In this document: positions 12,799-24,407 of the stretch, one piece after another | Layout: every line of letters begins with the position of its first letter | Numbering within the stretch: position 1 is the stretch's first letter | Assembly: GCA_963843145.1 (NCBI GenBank) | Contig: CAWJJC010000008.1 | Location: 1 to 64,000, forward strand | DNA: 64,000 nt | Source: an uncultured delta proteobacterium | GTDB lineage: Bacteria > Desulfobacterota > RBG-13-43-22 | Direction of reading: 5' to 3' | Position numbers and translations under genes: made by a program | The notes under the pieces: model-generated | Database searches by the model: none | What the model saw: only the letters and a program-made list of their open reading frames with translations | What the model was told of the DNA's origin: nothing

Positions 12799-13404
12799 AT
12801 GAAAGGAATAGGCGAACGGATATTTCAGTTCAAAATAACCCTTAAGGGCACCGAGCCGCCTATTTGGAGGCGAATTCAAGTACCGGAGACCTTCACCTTT
12901 TGGGACCTCCATGTGGCGATCCAGGATGCCATGGGCTGGAATGATTCTCATCTTCATGAATTCAGGGTCAAAGACCCTTCTCTGGGCTTGACGGAGGTAG
13001 TTGGGATCTCATCCGAAGAATTCGAAGGTGAGACCAAGGTTCATCCCGGTTGGGAGAAAAAGATCGCCGACTATTTTCAGGCCGCCGGCGCCACGGCCGA
13101 GTACGTTTATGATTTCGGCGATAATTGGCGGCATACCCTTGAACTGGAGGGGATCATTCCTCGAAAAGAAGGGATACGGTACCCGCTATGCATTGATGGC
13201 AAAAGGGCCTGTCCGCCCGAAGACTGCGGAGGGATAGAAGGGTTTCACGATTTTCTGGAGGCGGCCCTGGTTATTGGACATGAGGATCACAGCGAGACGC
13301 TGACCTGGGCCGGTGGAGAATTTAATGTCAATAAATTCGATCCTCAAGAAGTCATTTTCGATGATCCTCAGGAGAGGTGGAAGACCGCGTTCCTTGTAAA
13401 ATAG
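12799..13404 (+). CDS. Plasmid pRiA4b ORF-3 family protein
   Basis: PPIWRRIQVP, LHVAIQDAMGW, YDFGDNWRH, CPPEDCGG. Confidence 0.87.
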   Translation: MKGIGERIFQFKITLKGTEPPIWRRIQVPETFTFWDLHVAIQDAMGWNDSHLHEFRVKDPSLGLTEVVGISSEEFEGETKVHPGWEKKIADYFQAAGATAEYVYDFGDNWRHTLELEGIIPRKEGIRYPLCIDGKRACPPEDCGGIEGFHDFLEAALVIGHEDHSETLTWAGGEFNVNKFDPQEVIFDDPQERWKTAFLVK

Positions 13405-13437
13405 ATGGCAAGCTATTTTCAGATTAAGGGGTAAGCG

Positions 13438-15975
13438 ATGGCCAGGGAGCCGAAAAACGGGAAGAAACCGATTGAACAATACGATCATAAGGACAAGAAG
13501 CGGGTCAATAATCCGCCGGTAGGGCTGGTGTCGCCGGAACTGGACCGAGAGAAGGGAGTAAAGGCCTATGCCTATGATCCCCATCTGGATCCGCAACTGC
13601 AATGGTCCGGCAAGGCCGAGCATACCTCTTTTGAAGTGCCCACCGTTTCCCTCCATGTCCACGAGCGGATCGACCCGCGGACCATCATCGAAGCGGTCCG
13701 CAAAAAGAACACCGTAAATTACGAACAGATCTCGCTCTTTAACTCACCCGAGGAAAACCCGCCGCTGCGGGAGGCTATCGAATTTTATAAGCACCGGCAC
13801 AACTGGACCAACCGCCTGATCGCCGGCGACAGCCTGCTGGTGATGAATTCCCTACTGGAAAAAGAGGGACTGGCCGGCAAGGTTCAGATGATCAATATCG
13901 ATCCCCCCTATGGCATACGCTACGGCTCCAACTTCCAGCCTTTTGTCAACAAGCGGGATGTGAAGGACGGCAAAGACGAGGACCTGACCCAGGAGCCGGA
14001 GATGATCAAGGCTTTCCGGGATACTTGGGAACTGGGCATCCACTCCTACCTGACCAGTCTGCGGGACCGCTTGCTGCTATCCCGGGAATTACTTTCCGAA
14101 AGCGGTAGTGCCTTTGTCCAGATTTCTGATGAGAACGTCCACCATGTGAGAGAGTTGATGGATGAGGTGTTTGGCAGTGAGTAATTTTATCTCTAATCAC
14201 CATTCCGGAAAAAATTGGTAGCCATTGAGTGGCAACTCTCTTGAAGAACTATGAATGACTTTTTTGGTTTGGTATGCAAAAGAATCAGCAAAAATTAAGT
14301 ATCGGCAACTATATCTAGATCAAGGGACTTCTGGAGTAATCAGATTGGTCTTTGACTGACGTAGAAATCGAGAAGGATGAAATACGTCAAAACTGAACCA
14401 GGAGGAGATAAATGGAATCGAAAATTAATTCCTAAAGGTCGAGGTTCTTAAAGCTTGTTTGGCGATAACGGCCCACATTTTCAAAGGAGGCCAATGATTT
14501 TAAGTTGAAGTAAACGGTAAAATCTTATAATCCGCCAGATGGTGGACTGTTGGAAGACCACAAAAGAATGAATCGGAGCTATTACGATAAAGGGTACGGA
14601 TTGAATCGAGTACGGAAGCACGTATTAGATATAAACGTTATCTCGATGATTTTCCATGTTATTCGAACTAACAGATCATGTGGGATCGCTACATATTGGT
14701 ACACAGAATATACTTACGTGGTTCAAACCGACGACTGAGTGTGATTGAACGTTGCCTCCTTATGACCACCGATCCTGGTGATCTGGTTTTTGATCTCACT
14801 TGCGGGAGCGGCACTACGGCTTATGTAGCCGAACAGTGGGGCCGCCGGTGGATCACCTGCGACACCTCGAGGGTGGCCATTACCCTGGCCAAGCAGCGGT
14901 TGATGACCGCCCTTTTTGATTACTATGAGCTGGCCTACCCGGATCAGGGAGTGGGCAGCGGATTCAAATATAAGACAGTCCCCCACATTACCCTGAAATC
15001 CATAGCTAACAACGAACCGCCAGGGCAGGAAACCCTGTACGATCAGCCTCTGAAGGATCATTCCCGGGTAAGAGTGACCGGACCTTTTACGGTGGAGGCG
15101 GTCCCAGCGCCGATCGTGAAGCCGCTTTATTATGAGGCTAAAGAGCCGACGGCCGACGAATCCATCGCGAGATCCGGGGAGACGCTGCGACAGGCGGAAT
15201 GGCGGGATGAGTTGTTCAAGACCGGCATCCGGGGAAAGGGCGGCCAAAAGATCGAGTTTTCCCGGGTCGAGCCGCTGCCTGGGACCCGCTGGCTTCAGGC
15301 CGATGGCGAAACCAAAGGAGGGTCCCCGCAGCGGGTAGTTGTCTCCTTCGGGCCGCAGCATGCTCCTCTTGACAAAAAACAGGTGGAGCAGGCCATTCAG
15401 GAAGCCCGCAAGCTGGTCCCCCGGCCGGAGATCATCGTTTTCGCCTCATTTCAGTTCGACCCCGAGGCCGCCAAGGACATCGACGAAACCAACTGGCCCA
15501 ACGTGGTCCTCTTGAAGGTTCAGATGAACACCGATCTGCTGACGGAGGATCTGAAGAAAAAACGGGCCGGCAACGAGAGCTTCTGGCTGGTCGGGCAGCC
15601 GGACGTGCGCCTGAAGAAAATCAAAGACAAGAAGGGGTTTAAGTACCTGGTCGAGGTCCAGGGTTTCGATTACTACAACACCCGGACCGGGGCGATCGAA
15701 TCCGGGGGGCCGGAGAAGATCGCCCTCTGGATGTTGGATACGGATTACGACGGCCGGAGCCTGTTCCCCGGCAGGTCTTTTTCCCCCTGGCCGGAGAAAA
15801 GGAAGGCTGGGCCAGGCTGGCTAAGAATCTGAAGGCCGAGATCGACGAGGAATTGATTGAAGCCTACCGAGGCACCCTTTCCCTGCCGTTTCAGCCTGGG
15901 GACAATAAAAAGATCGCCGTCAAGATCGTGGATGACCGGGGAATTGAAAGCCTAAAAATCATGGAGGTGGCCTGA
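13438..15975 (+). CDS. mod: Type III-like R-M DNA methyltransferase (beta class), several frameshifts
   Basis: Motif IV IDPPYG precedes motif I CGSGTT; C-terminus [14 protein letters not shown]; central 14184-14740 scrambled. Confidence 0.85.
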
Positions 15976-17126
15976 TGATCATCTCGCGGATTGAATTGAA
16001 AAATTGGCGTAACTTCCAAAGGGCGGAGGTAAACCTGGGCAGCCGGGTATTTTTAATCGGGCCGAATGCTTCCGGGAAATCCAATTTCCTGGATGTCTTC
16101 CGCTTCCTCCGGGACATCACCAAGCCAGGGGGAGGGCTTCAAAAAGCGGTCAGTAGTCGCGGGGGAATGTCCAAACTGCGCTGTCTGGCCGCCCGCAAGG
16201 ACCCGGAGATAGAAATCGCGGTCCATCTTTCCGAAAACAACGGTGAGAATAATACCTGGCGTTATGTCATCGGGTTAAAACAGGAAAGCCGGGGGCATCG
16301 CCAGCCCTATCTAACCCGCGAAATGGTCTGGAAGGGCGATGAATTAATTCTCAATCGGCCCGTGAAAGAAGATCAGGAAGACCGTCTCCGGTTGACCCAG
16401 ACCTATCTTGAGCAAATCAATGCCAATTATCCATTTAGAGGGATTGCCAAATTTTTCGAATCGGTCTGCTATCTGCATTTGGTCCCCCAGCTTCTCCGAC
16501 ATCCGGAGGCTTTTGCCGGTCCGGCAATGGAAGAAGACCCTTTCGGGAGGAGTTTTCTGGAAAGGATCTTCCAGACCCCGGAGAAAACGCGGAAAGCCAG
16601 GTTGGGGAAGATTGAAAAGGCCTTGCAATTGGCCGTCCCCCAACTACGGCAGCTCAATGTGACGAAGGACGATCGGGGCGCACCTCACCTGGAGGCCATT
16701 TATGAACATTGGCGGCCGCACGCCGGGAAACAGCGGGAAGAAGAGTTCTCCGATGGGACCCTGCGCCTGACGGGTTTTCTCTGGTCGCTTTTGGAGGGGG
16801 ATTCTCTTCTGTTGCTGGAGGAACCGGAATTATCCCTTCACGCCGCCATTATTCGCCGGTTGCCGGGTTTGATCTGGCGGATTCAAAGCCAAAAAAAGAG
16901 GCAGGTCTTGATCAGCACTCATAGTTTCGATCTCCTTATGGACAAGGGGGTCGGCGCCGATGAGGTACTTTTGTTGATACCGGATGTGGAAGGAACAAAA
17001 ATCGTAACGGCGGCTTCTATTAAAGAGATAAAGGATTTAATGGAAAAAGGATTCAGCCTGGCCGAAGCCGCCATACCCCTGACCGAACCGAAACAGATAA
17101 GCCAACTAAGTCTTTTCAATGACTAA
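15975..17126 (+). CDS. ABC/SMC-like ATPase (AAA_21-like)
   Basis: Walker A GPNASGKS, signature FSDGTLR, Walker B/D-loop LLEEPELSLH, H-loop STHS. Confidence 0.88.
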   Translation: MIISRIELKNWRNFQRAEVNLGSRVFLIGPNASGKSNFLDVFRFLRDITKPGGGLQKAVSSRGGMSKLRCLAARKDPEIEIAVHLSENNGENNTWRYVIGLKQESRGHRQPYLTREMVWKGDELILNRPVKEDQEDRLRLTQTYLEQINANYPFRGIAKFFESVCYLHLVPQLLRHPEAFAGPAMEEDPFGRSFLERIFQTPEKTRKARLGKIEKALQLAVPQLRQLNVTKDDRGAPHLEAIYEHWRPHAGKQREEEFSDGTLRLTGFLWSLLEGDSLLLLEEPELSLHAAIIRRLPGLIWRIQSQKKRQVLISTHSFDLLMDKGVGADEVLLLIPDVEGTKIVTAASIKEIKDLMEKGFSLAEAAIPLTEPKQISQLSLFND

Positions 17127-17739
17127 TATAATTCCGGTCAATCTGGCCGTTGAGGATCTGCTCAGCGAGGCTGTTTTAAGGGGTATGCTGAAACAATCAG
17201 GCAGACCTTATGCGGTGGGCGCCTGTTTCAGTTCCCGCGGTTTTGGTTATCTAAAGAAAAAGTTGGAAGGGTTTAATCATGCCTCCAAAGGGACCCCTTT
17301 TCTGGTTCTGACGGATCTCGACCAATCTGAATGCGCTCCCATCCTGATCAAGGAATGGCTTCCCTATCCCCAAGAAAAAAACCTCCTATTCCGGGTGGCG
17401 GTTAAGGCCGTGGAAGCCTGGGTGCTGGCCGATCGCCAGGCCGCCGCCGGATTCCTAAGCGTTCCCGAAACCCAGATACCCCTCACGCCGGACGAAATAG
17501 ACAACCCTAAACGGTTTTTAATTAACCTGGCCGCTAAGTCTAGAAAAAAGGAAGTAAGGGAGTCCATAGTCCCCCCTATAAAAAGTTCGGCCGCCATCGG
17601 TCCTGATTACAACGGGAAGCTGACCGAATTTGTGCAGGGAAGTTGGAGGGTGAAGGAAGCCATGAAAAATTCTCCCAGCCTGAAAAAAGCCTTTCAGGCC
17701 ATACTTTCATTTTCCCCCAGGTACCACAAGGATCGTTGA
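17119..17739 (+). CDS. DUF4276-like TOPRIM-fold protein
   Basis: N-terminal AVED, LTDLD (DxD), VEAWVLAD, terminal SPSL; overlaps ATPase stop. Confidence 0.7.
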   Translation: MTNIIPVNLAVEDLLSEAVLRGMLKQSGRPYAVGACFSSRGFGYLKKKLEGFNHASKGTPFLVLTDLDQSECAPILIKEWLPYPQEKNLLFRVAVKAVEAWVLADRQAAAGFLSVPETQIPLTPDEIDNPKRFLINLAAKSRKKEVRESIVPPIKSSAAIGPDYNGKLTEFVQGSWRVKEAMKNSPSLKKAFQAILSFSPRYHKDR

Positions 17740-20557
17740 TGGCCAAAACGACTATTGACCGCCTGATCATTAATTCCCCTTACGAAGAGCCCGGGCAGTA
17801 TTGGAGCTATGACCGGGAGAGCCGGTTGTTTGATCGCAAGGAAGGCCGGAGGCCGGCCGGATACGTGATCGCCTCGGAGTCCTCCAAAGCCTTTGACGAT
17901 CCCGGGATTTTCATCGAGATCCCGCTGGTCAATGAAATCCGGCGGCGGGTGAAGACCTGGCGGGAGCATCCAACTCTTCCTTATGCCGGGGTTACCGGGA
18001 TCACCCGCAGACTGCTCGATCATTGGAATAACACTGAAGAGCGTGAAAGCTATCGCCGTCTCTTTTTCTGCCAGTTGGAGGCCATGGAAACCCTCATCTG
18101 GCTGCTGGAGGCCCCGGAGGCGGAGAAAGTCGGAGTGGATATCCCCTCCGATGGGGGATTATTCAAAAGACTCTGCTCCAAGATGGCCACCGGCTCCGGC
18201 AAGACCATCGTCATGGCCATGCTGATTTCCTGGCAGGTTTTAAATAAGGTCACCTATCCTCAAGACAGCCGTTTTTCAAAAAACATTTTCGTGGTCGCCC
18301 CCGGATTGACAGTGAAAAATCGTTTACAGGTGCTCTACCCCTCGGCCCAACAGAATTATTACGATGAGTTTAATATCGTCCCTTCGGGACTCAAGGAGAA
18401 GTTGAGGCAAGGGAAAGTCCTGGTTCGAAACTGGCATACCCTTCATTGGGAAACGGAAGAAAAAATCGCCAGAAAGAAAAGTGTGGACAAACGCGGGGCC
18501 AAGAGCAACGAGGCCTATGCCCGGGAAGTTTTGGGGGAGCTGGCCCAGGCCTCCAACCTACTCGTCATCAACGATGAGGCCCATCATGCCTGGCGGGTCC
18601 CGGCCGAATCCAAGATCAAAGGCCTTAAGAAGGAGGACGTTGAAGAGGCCACGGTCTGGATCAGTGGTCTGGACCGGATCCACCAGGCCGCGGAACATCT
18701 TGACCTGCTATGATTTTTCCGCCACTCCGTTGGCTCCCTCCGGCAAGAAAAGTTCGGAAGAGGCCCTCTTTGCCTGGATCGTCAGCGACTTCGGGTTGAA
18801 CGACGCCATCGAATCGGGGTTGGTGAAGACGCCGCGGGTGGTCATCCGGGATGACGGCAAGATGGGAGCGGATTATAAGTCGAGGCTTTACCATATTTAT
18901 AACGATCCGGAAGTAAAGGATGACGTGAATCGAAAGGCCCAGGAATTTGAGCCTCTACCGGACTTGGTGGTCAACGGTTACTACCTGCTGGGGAAGGATT
19001 GGCTGGCCACCAGGGAATCCTGGGCTGAGATTGGTTTTAAGATCCCTCCGGTAATGATTTCCGTAGCCAATCGGACGGAAACCGCGGCCCGCATCAAATA
19101 TTCCTTTGATCATCATAAGATTCTTGATCGAGGAATTGTGCGATCCGGAAAAGATTTTGCATATCGATTCGAAAGTCCTGGAAATGGCCGAATCCCAGGA
19201 GGAACCCCAAAGTGCCTCGGCCCCGGAGCGAGGAAGATCAGGAAGAAGAAACCGTCCGCAAGTTGAGCAAGAAAGAACAGGCGGAACTCCTGCGTCAGAC
19301 CGTGGATACGGTTGGACAAATCGGGAAACCCGGAGAGCAAATTCAGAAAGTTATCTCGGTAGGTATGCTCTCGGAAGGGCTGGGACGCCAAGACGGTTAC
19401 CCACATTATGGGGATTAGGGCCTTTTCCAGCCAGTTGCTGTGCGAGCAGGTGGTCGGGCGGGGGCTACGAAGAACCTCCTACGAGGTCAATCCGGAAACC
19501 GGGCTGTTTGAAGCGGAATACGTGAATATTTTCGGGGTGCCCTTTACCTTTTTGCCCCATGAGAAAACGGATGGACCGCCACCACCACCTCCGCCACCCG
19601 AAAACCCGGATCGAACCGGTCGGCGAAAAGAAGAACTATGAGCTAAGCTGGCCGAATATCATCCGGATAGACCATGTGCTTAAACCCCGGCTGACCCTGG
19701 ACCGTGAAGCGGGTTAAACTGCTGGAACTGGATGCCTACCAGACAGCCACACTGGCCGAACTGGCCCCGGTGGTGGAAGGGAAGCCTGACGTCACCAAGA
19801 TAACCGAGATCACTCTTGGAAGAATTGGGGATAAAATTCCGGCTGCAGAAGATTATCTTCGAGACCGCCCGGGATATCTATGACCAGATGCAGCCGTCCT
19901 GGAAAGGGAATAAAGAATATTTGCTGGTTCAGGTATTTCGGATCGTGGAGGAATTCTATAGCTTCGGATAAAATAATCATCAATCCGCCTCTCTTCAATC
20001 AGGAGGAGCTTCGCCGTAGAATAATCTTAACGCTTAATATGAACAAACTGGTTCAGCATATCTGGGAGGCCATTCGTTTTGAGAATACCGAGACCATTGA
20101 GCCGGTATTTGACAATGAACACCCTATCCGATCCACCGGGGACATGCGTACCTGGTACACCGGTCGACCCTGCGAATACACCCGGAAATCCCACATCAGC
20201 CACTGTGTTTTTGACAGCACGTGGGAAGCCAGTGAAGCCTTTGAACTGGAGCGGAACCCCTTGGTCAAGGCCTGGGTTAAGAACGACCACCTGGGTTTCG
20301 AGATCCTTTATCTTTTTCAGGGAGTGGTCCACAAATACCGTCCGGACTTTCTGATACGTTTATCCAGCGGGCAATTTCTGATTCTGGAAACAAAAGGTCA
20401 GGACGGTCAGCAGAACCGCACGAAACGGGAGTTTCTGGACGAATGGGTTCGGGCGGTGAATAACCATGGTGGGTTCGGGTTCTGGGCCTGGGCCGTTTCT
20501 AAGAATCCCGCAGACCTAAAGGGTATCTTAAAAACATACCCGGATGGAAAACGATAA
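17739..20557 (+). CDS. res: Type III-like restriction subunit (SF2 helicase + PD-(D/E)xK nuclease), several frameshifts
   Basis: [40 protein letters not shown] across consecutive ORFs. Confidence 0.85.
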
Positions 20558-21044
20558 ATTTAAAACGATCCGATTGACCGTCGAAGGCATGACCTGAATG
20601 AGTTGAGTACCGAAGGTTATCGGCGCCTTGGCAGGGCTGTCGGGGATCATCGAAGTTGACGCCTTTTACCCGGAAAAAGAAGCCCGGGTGATTTATGATC
20701 CGGAGCGGATCGGAGTAGAAGGGATCGTTCAAGGCCTGTCCAGGTCGAGTTATATGGCTGCGCTTAAAGATCCGCTGAAGGCACCCCCCGCCTTCCCAAC
20801 CTTGACCGGTCGGGAACCGTCGCCATTTCGGCCGGATGAATTGGTCTGCTACTGCTTTGGTTATTCCCGAAAAGATATCGAAGAGGATTTCATTCAACAC
20901 CACCGTTCCCTGATTCTGGAAAAAATCGCCGCCGAGAAAAAGGCCGGTGGCTGCGATTGCGCCCTTAAAAATCCCAGAGGCCGCTGAGGCTTGGCCGATA
21001 TCCACCGGGTAGTGGAAGCCATAGACCAAAACAAAATCCACTGA
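20544..21044 (+). CDS. Putative selenoprotein: HMA/CopZ domain (UxxU) + BFD-like Cys cluster, three in-frame UGA
   Basis: Reads [23 protein letters not shown]...VCYCFG...CDCALKNPRGR*GLADIHRVVE; TGA at 20595, 20604, 20985 fall on expected Cys positions. Confidence 0.8.
20621..20642 (+). promoter_or_regulatory. Candidate bacterial SECIS for the UxxU pair
   Basis: CGGC-GCCTT/GGC loop/AGGGC-T-GTCG hairpin; G-initiated loop 23 and 32 nt after the two UGAs. Confidence 0.5.
20988..21020 (+). promoter_or_regulatory. Candidate bacterial SECIS for third UGA
   Basis: TCCAC/CGGGTA/GTGGA hairpin with loop 18 nt after UGA; outer GGCT/AGCC pairing. Confidence 0.55.
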
Positions 21045-21123
21045 CACAAGGGGATGGGGAGGTAAGACCTAACAAAATAACCAGTCCGGCATGACTGAAT
21101 AGGGATTCATTAGGGCATCCGGA

Positions 21124-24100
21124 TCATTCCGTTGCCATTTTTTTCAACTTTCTTTTTTGTTCCCATTCCTTCAGCTTGAAATAAAGAACGGGGACCAAGG
21201 TTCGCGAGAGCAGGGTGGCCGCCACCTCACCGGACATGAGGGCAATGGCCATGCCCTGGAAAATGGGATCGAAAAGGATGACCGAAGACCCGACGACAAC
21301 GGCGGCAGCGGTCAGCAGCATGGGTCGAAAGCGGATGAGGCCGGCTTGGACCACGGCCTCCTTTAGCTCGGTGCCCTCGTCCAGCTTGAGGTCAATGAAG
21401 TCCACCAGGATAATCGAGTTCCGCACCACGATGCCGGCGCCGGCGATAAACCCGATCATGGAGGTGGCCGTGAAGAAGGCCCCCATCAGGGCATGGCCGG
21501 GAAGGATCCCGATCAGGGAAAGCGGGATGGGGGCCATGATGACCAGGGGCGCCAGAAAAGATTTAAACCAGCCCACCACCATGACGTAGATGATGATCAG
21601 GACCGCGGCAAAGGCGATCCCCAGGTCCCGAAAAACCTCGTAGGTGATATGCCATTCCCCGTCCCACTTGAGGGCGTATTGGTCTTCGAGCCAGGGCTGA
21701 ACGGAGGAATACTGTCTCAGCGCATAGCCTTCGGGCAGTTTGAGCTGACTGATGGCCTCCTTCATCTTCAGTATGGGATAAACCGGGCTTTCCTCCTTTC
21801 CCGCCACCTCGCCGGTCACGTAGACCACTCGCTTGAGGTTTTTCCGATAGATGGTCTTGTCCTCCAGCGCTTCCCGGACCTTAACCAGTTCTGATAAGGA
21901 CACGGGCGCCCCGGTGGCCGAGGTCAAGGTGATCTCCTTGAGTCGTTCCAGACCGGCCCGATCCGGCAACGGGGCCCGCAGGACCAGTTCGACCGGTTCC
22001 TGATCCCTGGCGATATGGACCTGCCCGACCACCATTCCGTTCAGGACCGCCCGGACCGTCCGGGCCACCGTCTCGGTGGCGATTCCATGGTAGGCCGCCT
22101 TTTCCTGATCCACATCGAAAAAGAGCTTCTTCTGATCATCCTCCACCAACCAGTCCACATCCACCACGTCCTTCGTTCGCTGGAAAATGGTTTTAATAGT
22201 CCCGGCGATTTCCCGCTGTCTCCGGAAGTCGGGGCCATAGACCTCGGCCACCAGGGTGCTCAAGACCGGGGGGCCGGGCGGTATCTCCACAATCTTCACC
22301 CGGGCGCCGTAGCGTTCACCGATGGCCTTAATGGCCGGTCGGATCCTCTTGGCGATATCATGACTCTGAGCCTGCCGTTCATCCTTGGAGACAAAATTGA
22401 CCTGTATATCCGCCACATTTGCTCCGCTGCGCAGGAAATAGTGACGCACCAGGCCGTTGAAATTAAAAGGCGCCGCCGTGCCCACATAGGTCTGGTAATT
22501 GCTCACTTCCGGCACGGTCCGGAGGTACTCGCCGATCTCCCGGGTCACCGCGGCCGTTTCCTCCAGGCTGGGATCCCCCGGCATATCAATCACCACCTGA
22601 AGTTCACTCTTGTTGTCGAAGGGTAGCATCTTCACCAGGGTCAGTTTCAAAGGCACCAAGAGGAAAGCGCCCAGCAGCAGGACCCCGATGAGGATATAGA
22701 AACGAAGCCGCTTCTTCTTGTTATTCAACAGGCCCCGGATATTTCCCTCATAGATGCGGTTGAATTTTCCGATCAACCAGCCCTCGCTTTTTTCCCCCTC
22801 CGGCTGGGGTTTGGTTTTTCTCAGGACAATATAGCTCAGCCAGGGGCTGACGATGAAGGCAATAAGCAGCGAAAGCAGCATGGCGGCCGAGGCGCCGACG
22901 GGAATGGGCCGCATATAAGGACCCATGAGCCCGGAGACGAAGGCCATGGGCATAAGGGCGGCAATGACGGCAAAGGTGGCCAGGATGGTCGGATTTCCGA
23001 CCTCATCGACGGCAAACACGGCGACTTCCGGGTCCACCCGGCTCATTTTGAAGTGGCGGTGAATATTCTCGACCACCACAATGGCATCATCCACTAGAAT
23101 GCCGATGGAGAAGATCAGGGCGAAGAGGGTCACCCGGTTCAGGGTATACCCGTAGACATAGGTGACCAGGATGGTCAGGGCCAGGGTCACCGGGACCGCT
23201 ACCGCCACGACGATCGATTCCCGCCAACCCAGCGCCAGGGCGATCAGCAGGGTTACGGAGATTGCGGCCAGGAGCATGTGCTTGAGGAGTTCATCCGATT
23301 TATCTTTGGCCGTCTCGCCGTAATTGCGGGTGGTGGTTATCTCTACCCCGGAAGGGATCACCTTCCCTTTCAGGGCTTCAATCTTTTTCAGGGCTCTTTC
23401 GGCGATATGGGTGGCGTTGGTCCCCTTCTTCTTGGCCATGGAAATGGTGACCGCTTCGTAGAGGCCGGTTCGGTCCTTACGGCCTGCCGGCCCGAAACCC
23501 ATGAACACATAATTGGAGGGTTCCTCCGGACCGTCGCTGATTCGGGCCACGTCCTTCAGGTAGACGGGCCTTTCGCCTTTTACCGCTACCACCAGATTGC
23601 CCACCTCGTCCGCATTCGTAAGCCAGGCCCCGGTTTGAACGATGAATTCGGTATTCTGGTTCGCAAAATTTCCCGAAGGCAGGGCCACATTGGCTTTTCG
23701 CACGGCCGCCGCAATTTGGAGGGGCGAAAGGGAGTAGGCCCGGAGGCGCTGGGGATCGATGGAGATTTTGAGCTGCCGCTTCTGGCCGCCGATAACCTGG
23801 AACTCGGCGATGTCCGCATCCTTCTTGAGTTCATTGCACACTTCCAGGGCCACCCGCCGGAGCTCGTACCCGCTGTAGCGGGAACTCCAGAGGGTGTAGG
23901 CGGTAATGGGCACGTCATCGATGGACTTCGGTTTTACCAGGGGCTGAGAAACGCCTGGGGGGATCTGGTCATAATTGGACATCAACTTGTTGTAGAGGTC
24001 GACCAGGCTTTTTTCCATGTCCTGCCCGACGTAAAAACGCACGATGGCCAGGCTCTGACCGGGTTTGGAAATAGAATAGATGTACTCGACGCCCTTGATC

Positions 24101-24336
24101 TCCCAGAGGAATTTTGACATGGGTTTCGTAACCCTTTCGTCCACCTCCTGGGCCGAAGCGCCCGGGTAGGAAACCAGGACATCGATCATCGGCACCACGA
24201 TCTGCGGCTCTTCTTCCCGGGGGGTAACGACCACCGCAAAGATGCCGAGCAGGATCGAGGCCACCACGATGAGTGGAGTAAGCTTCGATCGGATAAAGGC
24301 CTTGGCAAGCTTGCCCGCAGGACCAAGAATTTCCAT
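21124..24336 (-). CDS. RND efflux permease (AcrB family)
   Basis: About 1070 aa, [21 protein letters not shown]. Confidence 0.93.
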   Translation of the reverse strand: MEILGPAGKLAKAFIRSKLTPLIVVASILLGIFAVVVTPREEEPQIVVPMIDVLVSYPGASAQEVDERVTKPMSKFLWEIKGVEYIYSISKPGQSLAIVRFYVGQDMEKSLVDLYNKLMSNYDQIPPGVSQPLVKPKSIDDVPITAYTLWSSRYSGYELRRVALEVCNELKKDADIAEFQVIGGQKRQLKISIDPQRLRAYSLSPLQIAAAVRKANVALPSGNFANQNTEFIVQTGAWLTNADEVGNLVVAVKGERPVYLKDVARISDGPEEPSNYVFMGFGPAGRKDRTGLYEAVTISMAKKKGTNATHIAERALKKIEALKGKVIPSGVEITTTRNYGETAKDKSDELLKHMLLAAISVTLLIALALGWRESIVVAVAVPVTLALTILVTYVYGYTLNRVTLFALIFSIGILVDDAIVVVENIHRHFKMSRVDPEVAVFAVDEVGNPTILATFAVIAALMPMAFVSGLMGPYMRPIPVGASAAMLLSLLIAFIVSPWLSYIVLRKTKPQPEGEKSEGWLIGKFNRIYEGNIRGLLNNKKKRLRFYILIGVLLLGAFLLVPLKLTLVKMLPFDNKSELQVVIDMPGDPSLEETAAVTREIGEYLRTVPEVSNYQTYVGTAAPFNFNGLVRHYFLRSGANVADIQVNFVSKDERQAQSHDIAKRIRPAIKAIGERYGARVKIVEIPPGPPVLSTLVAEVYGPDFRRQREIAGTIKTIFQRTKDVVDVDWLVEDDQKKLFFDVDQEKAAYHGIATETVARTVRAVLNGMVVGQVHIARDQEPVELVLRAPLPDRAGLERLKEITLTSATGAPVSLSELVKVREALEDKTIYRKNLKRVVYVTGEVAGKEESPVYPILKMKEAISQLKLPEGYALRQYSSVQPWLEDQYALKWDGEWHITYEVFRDLGIAFAAVLIIIYVMVVGWFKSFLAPLVIMAPIPLSLIGILPGHALMGAFFTATSMIGFIAGAGIVVRNSIILVDFIDLKLDEGTELKEAVVQAGLIRFRPMLLTAAAVVVGSSVILFDPIFQGMAIALMSGEVAATLLSRTLVPVLYFKLKEWEQKRKLKKMATE

Positions 24337-24407
24337 AGAACCCCCGTTTGAAGCCCCGGCCGCCAACGGCCGGCGATCTTCAACTATTCAGTAAAAATCG
24401 GCCGTTT

